A stretch of DNA of 64,000 nt, from positions 192,001 to 256,000 of the forward strand of contig OZ244207.1 in assembly GCA_965216875.1 (NCBI GenBank), read 5' to 3'. The notes beneath the pieces were generated by a model, which saw only the letters and a program-made list of their open reading frames with translations, was not told the DNA's origin and did no database searches. The translations under genes and the position numbers were made by a program. Each line of letters begins with the position of its first letter. The stretch's first letter is position 1. Of the stretch, positions 57,826 to 64,000 are shown piece by piece. The stretch comes from Rubripirellula sp. (GTDB lineage Bacteria > Planctomycetota > Planctomycetia > Pirellulales > Pirellulaceae).

Positions 57826-58722
57826 CTACTTGCGAAGCGAGACGATTTGCTCGATTCCTTTGAGGTTCTCGACCGGGGCTTTGCCCTGTCGATTTCCTTC
57901 GTAGACCAGCCACTTGTCATAGCCGGCATCGTCGAGTGCTCGAGCGAGTTTCGCTAGGTCCGTCTTGTCTTGACCGACCACGGCGCCTCCGGCGGGTTTG
58001 ATGTGGATCTCGCAAAAATGATCTTTGGCGTATTTGCGAATGGTCTCGTAGACGTCTTCCTTTTCGAACAGGTTGCCGGTGTCGTAATAGATCTTGAGGT
58101 TTTCGGGAAACTCCAGCCTCTCCATCAATTCAAGCACGCGCACGGTGGTGACGGGTGCTTCGATCCCGACGACGACATTGTTTGCCGCAGCGTAGGGAAC
58201 GAACTCCTTCATGAATTCGGCCACGCCCTCGATCGCCTCGTCACTCTCTTGGAACTTTGACGGCCCGAAAAATGGGAACAACATCACTTCGACATCGAGC
58301 TGAACACAGGCGTCGACGGTTTGCTTGGCGACTCGCATCGCGACCTCGCGGTCTTTGCCCCAGATTTCGCAACGGTTCAAACAGCCGGTGCACAGCGAAA
58401 TGATCTCGACATCCTCGGCTTGGGATGCTTTTTGCCAAGCGGGTAGCAGGGCGGCATCCTCGGCAACGGGCAGGCTGCTTTTGGCGTCGATGGGCTTCTT
58501 GCGAATTCCATCTGGCATCCCGGTGTGCATTTGGATGGCGCGGTAACCTGCTTGACGCGCTGCTTTGAAACTCTTGGGATCGGCTTGGTTTCCCAACGCC
58601 GTTTCCATCACTGCGATGCGTGGTGCGCTCGATTGCGCCAACGCTGACGATGAGTCATTGAGCGAAACGATCGCCATCGCGATCACTGTTGAGAGCAGCA
58701 GTTTTGTTTTGTTCATGAACAT
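57826..58722 (-). CDS. Sugar phosphate isomerase/epimerase (xylose isomerase-like TIM barrel), secreted
   Basis: VVGIE, YYDTGN, EIHIK, GYDKWLVYE. Confidence 0.85.
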   Translation of the reverse strand: MFMNKTKLLLSTVIAMAIVSLNDSSSALAQSSAPRIAVMETALGNQADPKSFKAARQAGYRAIQMHTGMPDGIRKKPIDAKSSLPVAEDAALLPAWQKASQAEDVEIISLCTGCLNRCEIWGKDREVAMRVAKQTVDACVQLDVEVMLFPFFGPSKFQESDEAIEGVAEFMKEFVPYAAANNVVVGIEAPVTTVRVLELMERLEFPENLKIYYDTGNLFEKEDVYETIRKYAKDHFCEIHIKPAGGAVVGQDKTDLAKLARALDDAGYDKWLVYEGNRQGKAPVENLKGIEQIVSLRK

Positions 58723-58737
58723 GGATGTACCCGTTAC

Positions 58738-59376
58738 CTATTCCCCAGTGACCAAACGGACATTGCGAACGGAGAGTTCACCCGACGCAAAGCTGATGGT
58801 GAACTCCCCTTTCTTGCGCCCGATCGATGGGTGCGTGAGCTCCTCGTTGTAGTCACCATAGGTGATCGTCGCGGTGTCGCCTTTGAACTGCAGTTTGGCT
58901 TTGATCCATTTGCCGTTGATTTGATCGATCGACGGAACGCCTTCTTTGGCGACTGTCTTTGGTTTGTTGGTCTTGGAGGATTTCCCAATCCAGCCAAAGA
59001 AACGCGATCGATCGGGCTCATGGAAAAGCATTCGAAAGACATGCCCCTGTTCATTCAGCGTGATGATCACTCGTTGGCAGTCTTTGGGTTGAAACTCAAA
59101 TTCAATCGTGCCGTCGGTGAACTCGGCGGGCCAACGCAAGATGGGGCCGTGGTTGGCGAACTTTTTGTAGAGTTCAGGATCCGAGACACAGTGGGCGACG
59201 CCATCGTTGAAGGTCCATGCACCGCGAAGTGCTTGGCGCGTCTTGAGTTTGGGGTTGCTGAAGTCATCAACAAACCCATCCGCGCCAGCGGGCGTCGAGA
59301 GCATCAACGCGCAAACAAGCATGCCGAGTGCGCGTTGTAGAGTGGTCGTCTTGCGACGGGAGGGGCGATCGTTCAT
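58738..59376 (-). CDS. Secreted hypothetical beta-sandwich protein
   Basis: Signal peptide, FVDDFS, FTDGTIEFEF, VRNVRL. Confidence 0.65.
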   Translation of the reverse strand: MNDRPSRRKTTTLQRALGMLVCALMLSTPAGADGFVDDFSNPKLKTRQALRGAWTFNDGVAHCVSDPELYKKFANHGPILRWPAEFTDGTIEFEFQPKDCQRVIITLNEQGHVFRMLFHEPDRSRFFGWIGKSSKTNKPKTVAKEGVPSIDQINGKWIKAKLQFKGDTATITYGDYNEELTHPSIGRKKGEFTISFASGELSVRNVRLVTGE

Positions 59377-59394
59377 TGCAGAAGTCCAATCGTG

Positions 59395-59425
59395 TGGTGG
59401 TGGCTGTCTTGACGCGCCACCACCA
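59395..59425. terminator. Hairpin downstream of PEPCK gene
   Basis: TGGTGGTGGC-N11-GCCACCACCA, no clear U tract. Confidence 0.35.
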
Positions 59426-59441
59426 ACGAATGGCCTGCGGA

Positions 59442-62400
59442 TTAGACGCCAGCCAAGCGGTTTGCGAGTGTCGCGTCGTTCATTGACGGTTGCATCGGGT
59501 CGGCGCCCAAGGTGCCAATGAGTTTTTGCTCGTAGTCGGCCGCTTCGGCGATAGCCCGTTGCTCGCGGGCGTATTGTAGTCGCTCGTGGAGGTCCAATTC
59601 ATCCGCCATGCCCGGCTTGGAAGCGATGTAGTTTGACAAACGCTCCTCAAAGTCGGCCCAGTGCTGGATGTCCTTGTGTTTTTTGGCAGCCAAGCGACGT
59701 TGGTACCATTCGCTTTCGAGCAACGATTCGCGTGTGAATAGCTTGCGAACTTCCGGATCGTAGACCGTTTTGCCTTCATATTGGCCGGTCGCCATGATGC
59801 TCAGTGCGGCTCGCAGCGGTGGGCATGCCAATTCGTAGCCACCATCGTCAAAGTAGCGTTGGGCAACACGTTGCTGTGCCTCGGCGATGTGCAAAATGCC
59901 ATCGGCGAACGATTCGAAATCTTGCTTTTCAGGCTGCAAGATCTCGTCGGTGAACACCTTGTCCGGGTTGTCAAAGACGCGAGCCAAGTAGGTTCGAACG
60001 AACTTGCGTGTGATGCGGTAGCCGAGACGGCTGCCCGGAATCTGGTTGCCGTTATGCTCGAAGTCTTTCACTGGCTCGAGCATGCCTTCGGCGATGAGCT
60101 TATCGGGGTCGCGTTCGTTAGGGCCCATGCGACACCAAACTTCTGGGATCAGCAGCGAGATGTCGTGGCCAACTTCAAAGCGTGGGCCGATGTGTCCCGC
60201 CGCAGTGCTGAAACCACCAAGGCCGGTCAGGATCATCGAAGCGACCATCGAGTTCAAATCGACCGCGGGCATCAACGCGTTGAAGGGACCTTTGGTCAAT
60301 GCACCTTCGCTACCGGCTCCCGTTGTGCTTGGGCTTTTGCCGGTCAACGAACAGACATAGTCCATGATCAGCTCAGGCAGTTCCTGGTAATGCAGCGGTG
60401 AAAAAACCGCAAGCGATCGGAAACCGGCGACAGGGTCTGGTGGGTTGTTGCGGCGTCCGCTCAGTACCGCGCCGACGGGCATGTGGGTCGGCGCATCGGC
60501 CGGGAGGCTGCGTTGTAATTGAGCACCACGCATTGCAACGTAGCTGTCGCGTTGATTGACGAGGTCGGGGCGGTCTTGCAAGTACCGTGGGTTCTTGGTC
60601 GGTTTGCCATCGACAATCCGAGGCTCGGAGGTGCAAACGACATAACCACTGTCATTCTTCGCAGCTTTGCTCAAGAAGTCCTTCATGCGATCGGTGAACT
60701 TATCGAACTCCATCGCTTCGTCGACAATGTTCGCAGTTTGCTCAAGCGTCATCGGTTCGAAGTTGCTGACGAAGCTTCCCGGACGCGACAGGTCCCATTC
60801 GGTTTGCTTGTCCAATCCGCGATGAATTGCATCGTCAGGTCGTTGGAACAAACGGTATTCGCAGTTCTCGACAAACTTGTAGCTGAAGGCAGGTTGGAGT
60901 GCGGGACCGGGCTGAGTGACCGAGTCCGAAGGAACCACCACACTGCAGCTGATGTCGTCTTCGCGTTGGACCTTGGCCGCTGCGATAAAGTCTTGACGCA
61001 ACTTGAAGGTGCGCCAGCGTGCTTCATCCAAACCGACTCGCAGGTAGGTACCGACCAGACGGCGTTCGCCAAGTTTCAATTCGTGACCGGGCGAACCGTT
61101 GACGATGTCGACACCAAAGTGCTTGCGCCAATCGGTTTCCATTCCAGGACGCGTGAATCGTTTGATGATCAACGCCATCGAGTAGACGTGCTCGGGGATT
61201 TCGGCGAGCCAAGCGTTGTAGCTTTCGTTGTAGTCGGGTGAAGGCGTGAGCAGTTTGATCACGCTTCCCAAGCTGCGGCTCGGGTCGAGCACGGTACGGC
61301 TCGGACGCTCGCTGTAGTCGGTGCGGCCGGTGTAGGCTTCGGACCAACGGTCGTGGTAATCGCGGTTGAAGATTTCGTCGAGCTTGGCGAAGTCCTCTTC
61401 GCGATCACCGATAAAGATCGGTCCGTAAAGCATGTAGTCGCGAAGGCTCTTGCTGATTTCGCTCTTGCCGCCACCACTGACGGTGCATGGCTTGTGGCAG
61501 AAGATGCCTTCGCCGACCGTTCCAACCAATCGCCACGAGGGGGCATTGGGGTGTTTTTCGAGGCGGATCTTGTAACCGCTCGGGGCGATGTAGATCTGTT
61601 TCGGCGAGAGCGGGATGCTCTTCTTTTCGCCGTTCTTTTCCCACTCGACGCAGCTGTCGGCAAGCGTCACGCGGGCGTTTTCGGGAATGTAGTAGACCGT
61701 GTCGTCGTACTTGTCGATGCCGTAGCCTTCGGGTTTGACATCGATGAACGATTCGTAGTCGCGTGCAACGTCTTCGAAGGTGCGACCGTTGTAGCGACGA
61801 CTATCGACTTGGAATTCTTCACCCAACGAGTAGGAAGCGAATGCCAACGCACCGCCCGCGTGCTCCTCTTCGACGCCGCCCATCAAGTTGGCTGCGTAAC
61901 TGATCTGGGTTTTGACTTCCTTCTTGCAATAGCCGTAGTAGTTATCGGCAATCAGCGTGACGACCACGCCCGATGCGTCGCGGCAAGTCAGCTTGAACGC
62001 GCCGCCATCGTTGTACTTTTCGTTCTCGTCCTTCCAGCACATCGAATCGCGACGTTGTCGTTCGGTCGCGTCGTCCCAATGCGGCAGGCCAAGTTCTTTC
62101 TTGGTCATTTGCGTCAGATGCGTCGCAAGAATCACGCATCCGGTGTGGCCGCTCCAGGATTTTGCGTCGAGGCCGGCGTCGTTGGCACCGATCAACGGGT
62201 CGCCAGCGTTACCGAAGATCGATTCGACAAAGTCGAGGTTGCTCACCAACGAACCGGGGGCAAAGAAGCGAACTTCAAGTGACTTGGCACCGCAGTAGCC
62301 GGGGACTTCGGGACACACTTGGGGTCGCAGCAAGAGCGAAACCCAGGTGTGAGCCGGGTTGGCTGTTTCCGACATGTACGGCAGGTTCATCAAATCCTCG

Positions 62401-62966
62401 GGAGGATTCATTGCCGAGCGGAAGAGATTGACAAAGACTTCCTTGGGGACCGCACGTTTGTCGCCCGGGATTGGCAAGCCACCTTCGACAACGTGGAACG
62501 TACCGGCGGTGGTTCGTCGGTCCGCTTTCGGATTGTTCAGGACGCCGTTGGCACATCGGTACGACGAAACCAATTCGGTTTGGAATTTGTCGCCACCAAC
62601 CGGAAGACTCAACTCGCGCGCCATGCCATGTCGGTCGAGCGTGATCGAACGGCCAGGAAGACGAACAGGCGTCTCGCCAACTTCCGAGGCGAAGTATTCA
62701 TTCAGGAAGGATTCGATTCGCAAATCAACCGGCGCGCGATAATCGGCCAAGAATGCGTTGCGTTCGCGCAGGCTGCCCAAGATGCCACGAGAAAAGTCGG
62801 CCATCTCGCCCTCGGCGTCGCCTTCGTTGGGAGGCGTCAGGCCGGCGGAGGCGAATTGCAGAGCGATGTAACTGCGCAACAATCGGCGTTCTGCCGGATC
62901 GTTGGCGATTTCTCGATTCCAGCCAACCGCTCGCTGTAGCGATGCATCATCACGAAAAAGAGCCAT
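59442..62966 (-). CDS. Pyrophosphate-dependent (PPi-type) phosphoenolpyruvate carboxykinase
   Basis: 1174 aa with NPKADRRTT.GTFH, ADNYYGYCKKEVKTQIS, EEEHAGGA, CHKPCTVSGGGKSEISK, GKSPSTTGAGSEGALTK. Confidence 0.88.
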   Translation of the reverse strand: MALFRDDASLQRAVGWNREIANDPAERRLLRSYIALQFASAGLTPPNEGDAEGEMADFSRGILGSLRERNAFLADYRAPVDLRIESFLNEYFASEVGETPVRLPGRSITLDRHGMARELSLPVGGDKFQTELVSSYRCANGVLNNPKADRRTTAGTFHVVEGGLPIPGDKRAVPKEVFVNLFRSAMNPPEDLMNLPYMSETANPAHTWVSLLLRPQVCPEVPGYCGAKSLEVRFFAPGSLVSNLDFVESIFGNAGDPLIGANDAGLDAKSWSGHTGCVILATHLTQMTKKELGLPHWDDATERQRRDSMCWKDENEKYNDGGAFKLTCRDASGVVVTLIADNYYGYCKKEVKTQISYAANLMGGVEEEHAGGALAFASYSLGEEFQVDSRRYNGRTFEDVARDYESFIDVKPEGYGIDKYDDTVYYIPENARVTLADSCVEWEKNGEKKSIPLSPKQIYIAPSGYKIRLEKHPNAPSWRLVGTVGEGIFCHKPCTVSGGGKSEISKSLRDYMLYGPIFIGDREEDFAKLDEIFNRDYHDRWSEAYTGRTDYSERPSRTVLDPSRSLGSVIKLLTPSPDYNESYNAWLAEIPEHVYSMALIIKRFTRPGMETDWRKHFGVDIVNGSPGHELKLGERRLVGTYLRVGLDEARWRTFKLRQDFIAAAKVQREDDISCSVVVPSDSVTQPGPALQPAFSYKFVENCEYRLFQRPDDAIHRGLDKQTEWDLSRPGSFVSNFEPMTLEQTANIVDEAMEFDKFTDRMKDFLSKAAKNDSGYVVCTSEPRIVDGKPTKNPRYLQDRPDLVNQRDSYVAMRGAQLQRSLPADAPTHMPVGAVLSGRRNNPPDPVAGFRSLAVFSPLHYQELPELIMDYVCSLTGKSPSTTGAGSEGALTKGPFNALMPAVDLNSMVASMILTGLGGFSTAAGHIGPRFEVGHDISLLIPEVWCRMGPNERDPDKLIAEGMLEPVKDFEHNGNQIPGSRLGYRITRKFVRTYLARVFDNPDKVFTDEILQPEKQDFESFADGILHIAEAQQRVAQRYFDDGGYELACPPLRAALSIMATGQYEGKTVYDPEVRKLFTRESLLESEWYQRRLAAKKHKDIQHWADFEERLSNYIASKPGMADELDLHERLQYAREQRAIAEAADYEQKLIGTLGADPMQPSMNDATLANRLAGV

Positions 62967-63305
62967 GGCGATATTCCCAAAAGACTGTGCGGGGCGTGAA
63001 ATGAGTTGAGTCTTGAGGGCATTGCTGGCCTCAAAACGACCGCCCAGAATACCAAATCAGCGTCGTTTTTCGGCCTCCCCCCACGTCTGATTCGCACTGA
63101 AAACCCCGTGTGTTGGAGCAACTGCCGTTGTCGTCCTGACAGTGGCGTGCTCGCTAACACAAAAGACATGGTGTTCGCGGAGCATGGGCTTGGGCGCCGA
63201 TCGCTTCGGCGGACTATGTAGCGACTGCGGTGACTTCACTACCTCGCCCGCGACTTGCCGCACCCCCTAGGTGATGGTTTTCCCGAAAGCGCGCGCTCCA
63301 ACAAT

Positions 63306-63481
63306 CACCCTCCCGCTTGCGGGAGGGTCGGACGCAAAGTCCGGGGAGGGAATGAACGACCCTCTCCGGGCCTTAGAGCCCGACTCTCCCAAGGGAGATT
63401 GTTAACGTGCGCTTTTTCGAAGCCTGGAGCACTCGATGCGCGAGGGGCAAGGGCCCGTGGCCTCACGGCCAGCGGCTCACG
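63306..63481. repeat. Cluster of REP-like palindromes
   Basis: CCCTCCCGCTTGCGGGAGGG, TCTCCCAAGGGAGA, and minus-strand GTGAGCCGCTGGCCGTGAGGCCACGGGCCC related to the TGAGCCG...GGGCCC units at 44 kb. Confidence 0.75.
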
Positions 63482-63574
63482 GACCACCTTCTGGCGAAGG
63501 TAGCTACGGGCGAAGGTAGTTAGGGGGTGGGCGGCTGATATAGTTGCCGTGGGACAGCTCGACTCGGACTCGCG

Positions 63575-64000
63575 ATGACTGACAAAGCATCCATTCAATC
63601 GGCAATCGACCAGCTCACTGACTTCGATGTTCGCGTCGACGGTGTTGGGCCGGTCGGCGGTGGCTGCATCAGTGAAGCCTTTCGCGTTGATGTGATCCAG
63701 CGCGACGGTGGCCGAAGTACGCTGTTTGTGAAATGTAACGACGTCTCGTTTGAAGACAATTTTCGTTGCGAGGCAGCGGGACTGACGGCAATCGCGGCAA
63801 GCGAAGCGATTGCCACGACCGACGTCATTGGGGTGGGGCAATGTGATGGCCGCGTTTGGCTGGTCGCGCGATGGATCGATTGGGGAGAGCAGGCCGACCA
63901 ACGCCAGTTCTTTTCGTCGTTCGCCCACGACCTGGCGAATTTGCACCGCGTGACGACGACCGACTGGATCGGCTGGGACACCGACAACTACCTCGGGGCG
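63575..64000 (+). CDS. Fructosamine kinase family protein (3'-truncated by window edge)
   Basis: Not in the ORF track. MTDKASIQ...VGGGCISEAF...LFVKCN...FRCEAAGLTAI...LANLH...IGWDTDNYLGA. Confidence 0.88.
   Translation, partial: MTDKASIQSAIDQLTDFDVRVDGVGPVGGGCISEAFRVDVIQRDGGRSTLFVKCNDVSFEDNFRCEAAGLTAIAASEAIATTDVIGVGQCDGRVWLVARWIDWGEQADQRQFFSSFAHDLANLHRVTTTDWIGWDTDNYLGA

Noticed and set aside
5922..62939. Long antisense ORFs (5922..6911, 15849..16931, 35078..36013, 37426..38409, 61353..62282 and others)
   Set aside because: Shadows of well-supported genes on the opposite strand in GC-rich DNA.

Overview
GC-rich bacterial DNA whose gene content fits a marine planctomycete such as a Pirellulaceae member (inferred from an ECF sigma/Ser-Thr kinase pair, PQQ-like propellers, a PVC-type CxxCH protein, DUF1080 proteins, several sulfatases, a sialidase and PPi-type PEPCK). 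The main feature not shown by the ORF track lies at 45.2-54.2 kb: an integron-type cassette array with 15 attC-like hairpins of about 90 bp (14 complete, 1 disrupted) and 16 cassette positions. The GTT core ending one site is usually the reverse complement of the AAC core opening the next, as expected for cassettes integrated as circles. The chain starts at a non-attC GTT (45359) that looks like attI, with upstream GTGAGAAT repeats and a TTGACA-N17-GAGAAT promoter. I found no integrase in the window, and the usual intI position holds a 211-bp tandem REP mosaic. Cargo is rich in orphan toxin-immunity genes and small lipoproteins, and two cassettes are frameshifted by slippage-type lesions. Other notable items are a WGR-PARP next to a macrodomain hydrolase, a membrane receptor-like NACHT NTPase, an atypical tRNA-Cys behind an ECF-type promoter, and a 1423-aa sulfatase fusion. 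All family calls come from motif recognition by eye; no database search was run.
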